Assembly (NCBI RefSeq): GCF_006345805.1
Contig: NC_043005.1
Location: forward strand, 21,452,001 to 21,516,000
Direction of reading: 5' to 3'
DNA length: 64,000 nt
Origin: Octopus sinensis
Taxonomy: Eukaryota
Both the position numbers and the translations under genes were made by a program. The number at the start of each line of letters is the position of its first letter. The stretch's first letter is position 1. The notes under the pieces were generated by a model. That model was given only the letters and a program-made list of their open reading frames with translations. It searched no databases and was not told the origin of the DNA. Below are positions 52,461-60,929 of this stretch, piece by piece.

Positions 52461-55400
52461 CTAGCAGAGACTACCAGCATTTCCCGTGTTACATACAATT
52501 GAAGAATTAGACTTTTCTGTTATATTTTCTGGAATGAACTGGAATATCTATGTTTCAAATTTCATCAAAATTGCAGATGAGGGTTATTTCCCTCTTTACA
52601 CACCCTAAAAAAATTGTAATCGTGTCACATATATCCCATACTACTGATTTTTATGTGCATATTCCAAAATTCCAGTCTTATTGAACCTGTTAAAAAGATT
52701 TTGCTCCTGAAAAATGGAGTTCATGGAGCTCTAAAATGTGAGAGTTAAGGCCCCTGTTGAGGGTGGGCATCTTAATTTCAACCAGAGAAGTTAAACTGTT
52801 GAGAATCTTGTTAACTTGGGTTTAATATCTATTGTTTGAATTTCTTTGAAATAGGAAATATATATTCACTGGGTTTGTAAAAGAGAGCAAAGCTACCGGA
52901 AACCAAAAGACGAATGATCACAATAAGTAGTCAGCTACCCTACCCTAGTCGTTACCACTCCCAATATAGTATTCCTCACCATCCAGGTGACAGGCACAGC
53001 CATAAGATGCATTGCGAATCTATAGCAATTGGAAGGGCATGACCCATCTGAAATAAACATTAACAACTGTGTGACATGAGGGCTAAGGAGAAATGAAAGT
53101 GTCACCTCTGGAGTTTGCAAATAACCACTATACTGATATGTAACTGGACAGAATAAATTTACGATATATAAATATCTTTGAATAACCAGTCACTCATCTG
53201 GGAAGGCCTTGAAATCAATGTTACCATCTGGGGACTATGTGTGACCCTGTGATAATAAAAAAACTGAAAGGAGGTCTGCAATCAAATAACTTTACTCAAC
53301 ACTTAGCAACTGAATCAATGGAGTCAAAGATGCTTCTCATTTACTCAACAATTTATGCACTACATTGCAGAAACCACAATGTAAGTGTATGTCAAAGCAA
53401 ACTGTTACACTGTTGTACCATTGAATTAAAAATAATGCTCATCTTTTATGCTCGGGTAACCCTACAGCTTCCAAGAGCACAACTGTATTCATTTTTACTT
53501 AGATAAAATGACAAAATTGTGGGTATTAAGTCCCCATGGAGGGGTCTTTCTAAGTTGTAAGATGATGAAATTTTATAAATATTACTTCATTTGTGTCTAA
53601 ATTTTATGGTTAAAATTTTATCAAGAGCAAAAATATATGAGTTGTCATGGGGGTTATGGCACTTATGCATAGAATATAATTTCCAAATTTCATAAAGATC
53701 GATTCAGTACTTTTGACCTAGTTTTGGATCATAAATGACTAAAATTGGGTGTTAAGGCCCCCATAAGAGTGTTATATATATTTTTATATATATATATAAA
53801 TAATAATAAATATTAGGGAATAAATCCAAATTTACAGGGAAAAAATCAGATTTAGGATTAAATCCAATTTTATAGTAAAATATTATATAATATTAATTAG
53901 AGACAAAACCACTATTTTGCAAAACAAACAAGGAAAGACTTAATCAATACATAACATTTTAATAAAAAGTAAAAAAACCGCCACTACAATTGTTTCATGT
54001 CTTGATCGACAATCTTCAGGTGGATTTCCGATCTAAAATATCAATATTTTAAAATATAAGTATAAAAAATAATTTTAAAATAATTAAAGTATCAATGAAA
54101 AAATATAAATATATAATCTATATATAACCTATATATAATCCATATATAATCAATATATAAACTAAAATAAACCTATCAACAATTAAATATAAAACAAAAT
54201 AAAAATAAACTATATATACACCCATACACATATAACTAATTATATATAACCATATCTAAATACATACACTAACTCACACACCTATATATACATCCCTATA
54301 CATACACATAAAAACGTCTAGGCAACGATAATTAAATAAAATAGCCAAATACTTCAACACAATACTTATTCATACTCCCTCACACACACATACAACCCAC
54401 ATTCATAAACAATATACGTATACCCGCTCACACATACATATACAAACATACAGAACTCGATATATACACCAATATATTCACACCCACATCTATACAGATA
54501 AATAAATTACGCAAATAATCCCCCCCCCCACACACACACATTCACACATACATAAACACTCAAAAGCAAAATAAACAATTCTTTGCACGTGGTGATCGAA
54601 CGTTTTTTTTTTAATTATGAATGGAATAATATATAATCAACTTAAATATACAGAATCTACTACAAAACACCAATAAACCATCATGATAAATGAAACCCAC
54701 ATACATATAATGATAAAACTCCCCCTACCATACACAATTACACCTATATAGCAATCCCATATACACATTCACACACAAATATACATACGTAAAACACACA
54801 CACACAACATATACGTATACCCCCTCACATATACATATACATACTTACTAAACTCGATATATACAACAATATTTTCACACCCACACTCATACAGATAAAT
54901 AAATTACACAACTAAAATACGCACACACACACACACATTCACACATACATAAACACTCAAAAGAAAACCAACATTACTACACATAATACAATATATAAAA
55001 TACTTCATAATTAACCAGAATATCATAAGTAACAAGATTAACATAAGGAGAAAAAATATACATACTTTCAAGTCAGTTTCAAATTATGAAGTGAAATTAA
55101 ACTCTAGCCGTTAAAAACGTCAAACAAAATTACGTTACCATAGGAACCTAACATATGTATAAAAAGTATTCGCGCTCTGGAAACGAACGTCATTTAAAAT
55201 TATGAATGGAGAAATGGAATAAATGGAATTAAAAATTATATTCACGTGGTAAACGAACATTACTTAAAAATTATGAATGGAATAATGTAATAAAATAACA
55301 AACATCATAAATAGACATAAATTACTACGAATTCTTTAATAAAACTACCATGATAAACTAAAACTCATAAATACATATAATGATAAAACCTCCCTTTACT

Positions 55401-57420
55401 AAACTCTATAACATACCTATATAGCAATCCCCCTAACCTATACATTCACACACAAATACACACACGTAAACCACACACCCACGACATATACAAATACCCA
55501 CCTCACTCACACATACCTATACATACGTATAAACCTCAATATATACACCAAAAACCCACTCCCACCCCACACAGACAAATAAACACATACATCCCCAAAA
55601 ATGGGCGCAATCCCACGCACACCAATCATGCATGTATACAATTGCACACACAAGAACAATACATAATCAACCCAAATATACAGAACCTACCACAAATCAC
55701 CAACAAACCACCATGACAAATGAAACCCAAACACATACAATGACAAAACTCCCCCCACCATACACAATTACACCCACATAGCAATCTCCATATATACATC
55801 CACACACAAACACACATACGCAAAACACACACACACACAACACATACGTACACCCCCCTACATACCCATATACATACGTACCAAACCCGACATACACAAC
55901 AATACGCTCTCCCCCTACCATACACAATTACACCTATATAGCAATCCCATATACACATTCACACACAAATATACATACGTAAAACACACACACACAACAT
56001 ATACGTATACCCCCTCACATATACATATACATACTTACTAAACTCGATATATACAACTATATTTTCACACCCACACTCATACAGATAAATAAATTACACA
56101 ACTAAAATACGCACACACACACACACATTCACACATACATAAACACTCAAAAGAAAAACAACATTACTACACATAATACGATATATAAAATACTTCATAA
56201 GTAACCAGAATATATGTATTTATATATATATATGTATTTACATATATATATATATATATAGATATAGATATATATATACATAGATATAGATATATATACA
56301 CCCACACACATACAAAGATGAATTGATAGATACAACTGACTGGGCAAACAAAAATATGAGACACTGCCTAGTGTTTTTTTTATGTTGATAAGCCTGGTAC
56401 TTATTCTATTAGTCTGTTCTTGTGAAACCAGTAAGTTATGGGGATGTAAATAAATGAACAGTAGTTGTGAAACAGTGATGAGGGTGAAACACATAGACGA
56501 TTGATTTCAGTTCCTGTCTAAGAAATCCATATACATATATATGGATTTCTTAGACAGGAACTGAAACAAATCAATCATATTTATATGTATGTATATATGT
56601 AAGTGTATGTGTGTGTTTTTGTCTCTGTGTTTCATCCTCATCACTGCTTCACAACTGCTGTTCATTTATTTACATCCCCATAACTTACTGGTTTCACCAG
56701 AACAAACTAATAGAATAAGTACCAGGCTTATCAACATAAAAATATATATATATATCGTTTAGCATTCGCTTTCCATGCTAGCATGGGTTGGACGGTTCAA
56801 CTGGGGTCTGGGATGCCAGAAGGCTGCACCAGGCCCAGTCTTATCTGGTAATGTTTCTACGGCTGGATGCCCTTTGTATACACACACACGCACACACACA
56901 GAGACAAATTGATAGATACAACTGAGTGGGCAAAAAACAAAATATGAGACACTGCCTAGTGGGTTTTTTTATTTTGATAAGCCTTGTACTTATTCTTTCA
57001 GTTTCTTCTAGTGAAACAAGTAAGTTATGGGGATGTAAATAAATGAACACCAGTTGTGAAGCAGTGATGAGGGAGAAACACAAAGACACACACATATACA
57101 TAGATACATACATATATATACAATTGATTTCTTTCAGTTTCTGTCTTCAAAATCCACTGACAAGGCTTTGGTTGGTCTGAGGCTATAGCAGAAGATGCAT
57201 GCCAAGTTACCACACACTGGAACTGAAACATGTGTTTTGGAACCAAGTTTGTTACCACACAGCCACACCTACACCTATGTATGTGTGTGTGTGTATATAT
57301 ATGTATGCATGTATATATGTGTATATATATGTGTACATATTACATCTATATCTATAGAAATACATCTATACATATACATGTGTACATATACAGCTGTACA
57401 TATACATGTATATATATACA

Positions 57421-57476
<56 letters not shown>

Positions 57477-59841
57477 AATTAAAATTTAAAATAATAAGGG
57501 TGAAAAATTGAATATTAATTTGATTAATATGAATTGAAAATCAGTGGTGTAGCATATAAGACCATAGCGGATCTTCTGCTAGCAAAATGGATTTCCACTG
57601 TTAATGGTTCATCCCTGTTATATAATACTTTCACTTTAATAGTTTCAGTATTAAAGTGGAAGTGTGTGACATTACAATAGAGAGATCTTTTTGTTTCACT
57701 TTGAACATGTAATACTGAAATAGTGGAGCAGATATGATATTGCTGTGAGCTTGCCCTAGGCAAGAAGTTAAAAATGTTTTTTGCCCATGACACTACATGG
57801 ACCCATGTGTAAAATTTAAATGAAATTGGTTGTGTAGTTCTCAAGTTTTAGGGATTCACACAGACTGACAGACAGCCACACATTCTCAGTTTTATATATA
57901 TATATATATATATATACACTCTCACATACATATAGACATGTATATGGTTGTGTGTATATAAGTTTTGTTTATTGTATGTATAGGAGGAAGGAATCTGGGG
58001 CCCTGTTTGTTTTTTCCTTATCAAACTCCAAATTGCTCAAATGCACAGGCAGAAAATTTGGGATGTGGTATTTACGTTTAATTCCTGCAGCTTTGGCACA
58101 CCATTTTCCTGCTGATATAATATATATAAATATATATATAGACATATATATCATCATCATCGTTTAACGTCCGAGTTCCATGCTAGCATGGGTTGGACGA
58201 TTTTGACTGAGGGCTGGCGAACCAGATGGCTGCACCAGGCTCCAATCTTGATCTGGCAGAGTTTCTACAGCTGGATGCCCTTCCTAACGCCAACCACTCC
58301 GAGAGTGTAGTGGGTGCTTTTTACGTGCCACCGGCACGGGGTCCAGTCAGGCGGTACTGGCAATTACCTTGATCAATTCTTTTTACACATGCCAGTGTAG
58401 TATAATATAATATAGATGTATAAACAAAATCAAAAATCAATAAATAGCAAGATACAATTATATAAAGCAAATTACCTCATTAAGAAAATCTCTGTAAGAG
58501 TTGAAAGCAGTATCTACACTGAGAAGTAATTTTTATTACCATCTAAACATGGGTGTCCTCTAAGAACATAGAATACTGATATTTCAACCCCAGGAGGATG
58601 CCTCCTCCTGCTGGTTACCCAGTGTGCTTCGGACTCAATATACATTCCCAGTTATCAAGACCATCAGATCATGAGGTTTCGACCTTATTATGATCATCCT
58701 TGGTGATAGATAATCATCTACAAGACATAGCAGTAGTACACCCCCCAGCTTGCAATATAAAGAAAATAATTGACACACAATCACTGATTTTGCAACAAGC
58801 AAATTAGCTTGTTAAGAAAATCTCTATAAGGGATGAAAGTAATATCTATACTGAGAATTAATCTTTATTGCCATCTAAACATGGGTGTTCCATACATACT
58901 GCAAAATGGTGTGAACTGCTGCTATGTCTAGTAGACAAGTAGCCATCACCATAATAGAGTTCAATACTGCATGGCCTAATGGTCTCAATAACTGTGGTAT
59001 TAGGGAGTTCTCTTTTGCTTGCAATATATATCAAGTGCAAAGTGCACTGGGTAACTCCTCTGGGGGTTAAAATAGCTGTATTGTCAACTCTAAGAGAACA
59101 TCCATGATTAGATTGTGATAAACGTTACAAATGTAAAATGTCTAAATATTTTTCCTAACTTTTATCTAATTTTCTTTTACATGCAGATTAATTTTTTTAT
59201 ATATATTTCGGTCATTTTTCAACAAATATAAATTTTTATTATGTTTGAGGAATTCATTATGATAGGAATGCTGCAAAGCATCGATTTCAAGTCATAAAGT
59301 GGCAGAGCTTGTCATACAGAGCAAAAATAAACAGGATTGGATCTGCACACAATTAAAGGAGAGGTGTACAAATGTATTGTTCACAGCCTAACTATGGAGA
59401 CAAGATTTCAAATAAGTCTGAAGGTGTTCTACAAATCATATTCTGATTAGGGTGTCATTTTGCAGATCAATTATTTGTTTTTAATAAATTGGCCATTTCG
59501 CACCACATGCTTTACAATATTTAACATATGCTAGGAAATGTGTGTGTGTGTTTGAGTGGGTAGATGTATATGTAATATATTTCTTGTTTTCTATTTTGTT
59601 TCAGCTGATGAAGGGCCTATTATACTGAAAAAAGTTAGCATACCAATCCAGGCTACTTTAGGACGGCTTAAGGATAAGACCTTAATGAAGTGTAAAAAGG
59701 CTTGTCAACAATATGTAGGATGTAACTCTTATCAGTACAATGCTGATGATAAGTTGTGTGATCTGAGTAATGTGACTCAGTTGAGTGATAATGTACTTAA
59801 ACCCAATGATGGAAAGTGGGATATATACATAGCTAACCCAG
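4553..59841 (+). CDS. Partial multi-exon gene (13 exons seen) encoding a large modular, probably extracellular protein of Sushi/CCP and PAN/Apple repeats: (S-A-B)x3-S-(S-A-B)
   Basis: All 13 exons have AG/GT boundaries and lengths divisible by 3 (168-240 nt), all are phase 1-1, and the joined frame has no stop (2748 nt). Cys/Trp patterns match the Sushi and 4-Cys PAN/Apple folds. No first or last exon was found in the window. Confidence 0.9.
5535..6150 (-). mobile_element. Old L1/Tx1-like LINE 3' fossil; homologous copies at about 24780-25250, 33025-33660 and 48620-49225
   Basis: Minus strand reads VLHALIQCP (zinc-knuckle-like) and VAVAKEVWWLRLKG. The same DNA block is at the same place in each Sushi to PAN_A intron. 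Confidence 0.6.
7625..7820 (+). mobile_element. SINE copy just upstream of the PAN_A acceptor; homologous copies at about 26490-26690, 34590-34790 and 49770-49960
   Basis: gagcatcagacaaaatg...ttctgagttcaaat...aataaaataa...attattatt matches the abundant SINE also at 37140-37860, and has the same position in all four units. Confidence 0.7.
7877..8116 (+). CDS. Exon A1, PAN/Apple domain type A: AKLHFVKVKDAILDTPKKTLWNKKHVTADECAHKCLFYTDCLIFEIDRGSRTCYFSKQSAASAKKLKPKKGRDYYQRIN
   Basis: tttcag|AT...AACT|gtaatt, 240 nt, C-x3-C-x5-C...C pattern and terminal DYY motif typical of PAN domains. Confidence 0.9.
8409..10949 (+). mobile_element. 5'-truncated R4/Dong-clade non-LTR retrotransposon (RT, CCHC knuckle, restriction-like endonuclease), pseudogenised
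   Basis: WKSPGKDKIPNFWL, YRPMTCL, AWIDYKKAFD, GIFQGDSLSPLLF, HLIYMDDLKL, CRVCQQQKETIDHVVSKC, RP(D>G)IIVKD...LLIDMTVP...KYKDL. Several stops and frameshifts. Flanked by (AAT)11 at 8375-8407 and (AAT)8 at 10950-10973. Confidence 0.9.
10950..11072. repeat. Compound trinucleotide microsatellite (AAT)n(AGT)n(AGC)n(AGT)n; other long microsatellites at about 14990-15080, 20077-20190, 28600-28660, 44403-44472 and 59920-60015
   Basis: Directly visible. Confidence 0.95.
11200..12740 (+). mobile_element. Very old LINE-like fossil; homologous block at about 50600-52050
   Basis: Shared words such as ccattata(cc/t)cacatgaa(a/g)agagtaca and ccaagctataat in the same order in both introns; no intact ORF. 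Confidence 0.45.
12851..13084 (+). CDS. Exon B1, PAN/Apple domain type B: NDEVLRIKSTSIPGQDTFGRLENVSLKECHKVCHQTPRCRSFEYKEKAKTCSRSNVTHLTHDLEPNKENWDTYIINP
   Basis: ctttctag|CG...CCAG|gtcagt, 234 nt, 4 Cys, SFEY and WDTY motifs. Confidence 0.9.
15056..17195 (-). mobile_element. 5'-truncated RTE-BovB-like LINE with RT, C-terminal C2H2-type zinc fingers and an (ATGA)n tail; pseudogenised
   Basis: NYRGISLLS, VFVDLTKAFDT, GVKQGDILAP, LLYADDC, LRWSGHLVRM, KQLFYGEL, three CxxC...HxxxH-like motifs. Three in-frame stops (16771, 15739, 15529) and one frameshift before the fingers. Confidence 0.9.
17902..19184 (-). mobile_element. Full-length (1283 bp) mariner element with terminal inverted repeats of about 38 bp and TA target-site duplications; transposase decayed
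   Basis: Left TA-cgtggagtgttcattaaaaatttcccttgactcacttc versus reverse complement of right TA-cgaagggtgttcattaaagattttccctgagtcacttc. Minus-strand SVIRFLNLKG...EMKEVYGDNAPSY (HTH), WIPQML, and a YR*GLHSCIKWWEKCV C-terminus. A second small fragment lies at about 17295-17396. Confidence 0.9.
19620..20060 (-). mobile_element. Decayed RLE-type (HERO/R2-like) retrotransposon C-terminal fragment; a related fragment lies at about 43630-43885
   Basis: The 43.8 kb piece reads LKECEDASWSVEYFPIKVGCRGFIGHSV, typical of the end of the HERO-like endonuclease. The 19.6-20.0 kb piece is more degraded. Confidence 0.45.
20511..22278 (-). mobile_element. Penelope-like element: GIY-YIG remnant (about 21440-21870) between inverted pseudo-LTR arms of about 310 bp
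   Basis: 20511-20820 is the reverse complement of 21945-22278 (e.g. tagttaggttgaaggtgtatgttgat / atcaacatacaccttcaacctaacta). Minus frames give CNCRTSSSCPLECNCL...TYIGSTENHLKT*YNHH...NKPCQLCTNESYHIL. Confidence 0.8.
22231..22275 (+). ncRNA. Degenerate hammerhead motif at the end of the Penelope pseudo-LTR; mirror copy at 20514-20557 (-)
   Basis: ACAGU CCAAUGA A GGC UUAGCUG GUC GAAA C UUCAAA GUC ACUGU. Stems I-III are present but the core CUGA is mutated to CCAA. Confidence 0.5.
22760..23270 (+). mobile_element. Degraded RTE 3' ORF fragment
   Basis: LGIRGIRCNMQERRLHW and RGKPRKMWDKVV motifs. Confidence 0.6.
24293..24463 (+). CDS. Exon S2, Sushi domain: LFNIDCGPPKEVVNAVKSYKTTTYKSEVTYTCPKGEQLKSTCGKDNKWTPVTSACN
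   Basis: aatcccag|CT...AACG|gtaaca, 171 nt, paralogous to S1 including the flanking intron. Confidence 0.9.
26739..26978 (+). CDS. Exon A2, PAN type A: TQIHFVKIKDASLDETGKTLWDKEDVTVHECAGKCLLDEKCLSFEMNKENKKCYLSEKSASSSDKLKKNKNKDYYQRVK
   Basis: aattctag|AT...AAAC|gtaatt, 240 nt. Confidence 0.9.
29879..30109 (+). CDS. Exon B2, PAN type B: DEPLKLKRVSVPSKAILGKLKNKSLKECNEACFQYQACSAYQYNEKTKLCELSNATQLNNELKPSNEGWDIYIPLP
   Basis: ttttccag|CT...CCAG|gtcagt, 231 nt. Confidence 0.9.
30540..31270 (+). mobile_element. Penelope-like fragment: GIY-YIG (about 31049-31225, +) preceded by a probable inverted pseudo-LTR segment
   Basis: CYIGQTGISLRQRTTIHKEQIHHPQYRQLKVSEHIERC; hammerhead-like remnant on the minus strand at 30745-30785. 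Confidence 0.65.
31928..32095 (+). CDS. Exon S3, Sushi domain: LTKIDCGPPKEVPGTFISYNTTTYKSVVTYTCQDGEILKAACKENNEWTPEVSCK
   Basis: aactccag|CC...AAAG|gtaatg, 168 nt, one codon shorter than the other Sushi exons. Confidence 0.9.
32575..32860 (+). repeat. Direct tandem duplication with a 145-bp period
   Basis: ctatactagaagtcagcaataatctaaaacagatttctgattct starts at both 32595 and 32740. Confidence 0.85.
34835..35074 (+). CDS. Exon A3, PAN type A: AQIHFVKVKGAALDIAGKSLWKEKKVTPEACANECLTDKKCLSFEIKKKSGKCYLSKETAATSKEIKSDNSRDYYQKVK
   Basis: aattctag|TT...AAAC|gtaata, 240 nt. Confidence 0.9.
37140..37865. mobile_element. Cluster of three SINE copies (+, -, +)
   Basis: cagaatcgt(t)agcatgcc...aaaatgctta...ttctgagtt(c/g)aaatt...actttgcc consensus at about 37140, 37620 (minus) and 37645. 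Confidence 0.75.
37870..38760 (-). mobile_element. Old RTE-BovB-like RT fragment
   Basis: LFADDCALISDTLEGIQ and DNHKGISL...FVRVILN...YPESKC. Confidence 0.7.
38850..40051 (-). mobile_element. Near full-length mariner element, transposase pseudogene (about 39868 to 38860)
   Basis: MKVTKEHIQHILLYE...VYGD...WFQKF, SDKKWVLY, SVWWDMKG, FHQENA, YPPYSLDITSSDNHLF (YSPDLAPSD-like), RWKSIVENEGEY. A 5' TIR-like ttgggtcatcccataaataatgcag follows TA at 40052-40053; the 3' TIR was not recognised. Confidence 0.85.
40544..40777 (+). CDS. Exon B3, PAN type B: YDDLFTFKKTSIPEKDTLKRLKNKSLKDCYKACYKNSECHSFEYNKKAKFCDQSNATHLTDDLQPNKKGWDTYVFNP
   Basis: ttttctag|CC...CCAG|gtcagt, 234 nt. Translated by hand; this frame is not in the ORF track. 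Confidence 0.9.
42181..42351 (+). CDS. Exon S4, Sushi domain not followed by PAN exons: NDKINCGPPRDIVGASKSYSSTTYRGEVTYTCPHGEKLKSKCGNDYKWTSVNSTCE
   Basis: aattccag|TT...GAAG|gtaatg, 171 nt, translated by hand. Confidence 0.88.
45118..45522 (+). mobile_element. Copy of the RTE 3' UTR (SINE-like); further copies at about 56760-56870 (-), 58160-58400 (-), 63780-63990 (-), 13200-13310 (-), 17760-17900 (-), 47560-47700 (-)
   Basis: ggagtggttggcgttaggaagggcatccagc...ccaacccatgctagcatggaaa..ggacg..aaacgatgatgat. Confidence 0.8.
45525..45779 (+). mobile_element. Helitron RepHel/PIF1 helicase C-terminal fragment
   Basis: LPFALERNRFPIHLSYATTINKSKGQIFDKVGLFIPEPVFGYGQLYVAFSR corresponds to PIF1-family motifs V/VI (TINKSQGQ, HGQLYVAxSR). 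Confidence 0.75.
46594..46764 (+). CDS. Exon S5, Sushi domain: YKDIDCGNPKDIAGAANSYEATTYKSEVTYTCPEGEKIKSICEKDNKWTPIVETCD
   Basis: aatttcag|CT...GACG|gtaaca, 171 nt, translated by hand. Confidence 0.9.
50012..50251 (+). CDS. Exon A4, PAN type A: PQIHFVKIKGATLDVPGKILWKKKNVTTKACAEKCLSDKKCLSFEINKEMGKCFLSKQAASSSKKIKKVKNKDYYQRVK
   Basis: actctag|AT...AAAC|gtaact, 240 nt. Confidence 0.9.
53800..56200 (-). mobile_element. CA-rich, internally repetitive non-coding element carrying a hammerhead motif (Penelope-related or non-autonomous)
   Basis: Near-identical 292-bp blocks at 54719-55010 and 55909-56200, plus degenerate copies; hammerhead near the left end; no credible ORF. Confidence 0.5.
53981..54023 (-). 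ncRNA. Minimal type I hammerhead ribozyme of the Penelope-associated kind
   Basis: 5'-CCAC CUGAAGA U UGUC GAUCAA GACA U GAAA C AAUU GUA GUGG-3'. Stem I CCAC/GUGG, core CUGANGA and GAAA, stem II UGUC/GACA, palindromic stem III ACAAUUGU, GUA cleavage triplet. Confidence 0.75.
56373..56745. repeat. Large inverted duplication of a SINE-like repeat with a perfect 29-bp hairpin at its centre (56505-56566)
   Basis: tttcagttcctgtctaagaaatccatata-cata-tatatggatttcttagacaggaactgaaa. 56373-56498 is nearly the reverse complement of 56620-56745. A third, direct copy lies at about 56890-57090. Confidence 0.85.
59605..59841 (+). CDS. Exon B4, PAN type B: DEGPIILKKVSIPIQATLGRLKDKTLMKCKKACQQYVGCNSYQYNADDKLCDLSNVTQLSDNVLKPNDGKWDIYIANP
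   Basis: gtttcag|CT...CCAG|gtcagt, 237 nt. Confidence 0.9.
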
Positions 59842-59917
59842 GTCAGTAGAGTGTTTCCATTTTATTTATTTTGTGCATGCCTGTGTGTATTATCATATTC
59901 ATATGTGTGTGTATACA

Positions 59918-60027
<110 letters not shown>

Positions 60028-60929
60028 TATGTACACACATTATATATATATATATTACTAGCTGCTAAGCCTGGTTTCACCTGGTCTGTTTGGATGATGT
60101 GGCTGTGATCGTTTTCAGTTAAGCATAATCTATAACAGTGTTTCTCAACCTTATCATTTCGGGTCCCCTGTTCCGATTGGAGCCTCCAGCTGTATGAATA
60201 TTTCCTGACTCCCACCACCTTGTCAGAAAACAGCTTTGGGATTTGTGAAGAATGAATTTGTATGTAGTCTGTTTCTGAGACCTATTCTATTGGACCTCTG
60301 ACTAATCATTAAAACATTGATTTAATTATGAACATAGAAAGAAATTATACATAAATTAAGTTCAGACCTCTACATGGTAGCTAGACCTGGTAGAAATTGC
60401 AGTCAAATCTCCCTCAAAACACCTTACTGTCTTAATCTGACAATTCTGTCTATAATGTAGTTTGAATGAGAAGCTGTAACTAAAGATTAAGATTATTAAC
60501 TCCACAAAGAGGTGAAAGAAGAGAGACAGTAGCAAATGTTTTGGCTGACTGTCATCCTGTCATCCCCTTGTTGCTAACAAAAGGGTATATGCCAGCTGTG
60601 TGAGCAAGTGATTATCTTAATGGCAGAACAAATGGGAATTCCTTTAGAAAAAGTTTTAATCGATTTTCGTGGTAACTATGAGGGTTAAGAAAAAATACAA
60701 ACCACAGTACAATCTATGCACCCATCTCCACCTGTGTGCCATTTTTTACGTGAATCCACCCAGTGGTGAACCTCAAGACAAGAAAGAATACAATGATTAC
60801 CCATATCCAATTTATATAATAGATATATATATATGGACACATACATATATGTATAGCATCAGTATATTCCATTACAATTTGCCTTTCTTCATTGTTAAAG
60901 TTATAGCTAGGCTGTCTTTAATGTTCTAG

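Noticed and set aside
55626-55958. Cys/Val/Tyr/Gly-rich ORFs and the many (YI)n, poly-V, poly-T and poly-L ORFs in the track
   Set aside because: Translations of microsatellites and CA-rich repeats, with no splice signals or domain pattern
4553-59841. Dscam-style mutually exclusive exon clusters
   Set aside because: Paralogous exons are interleaved (S-A-B) rather than clustered by type, which fits tandem domain repeats; only S4/S5 are adjacent
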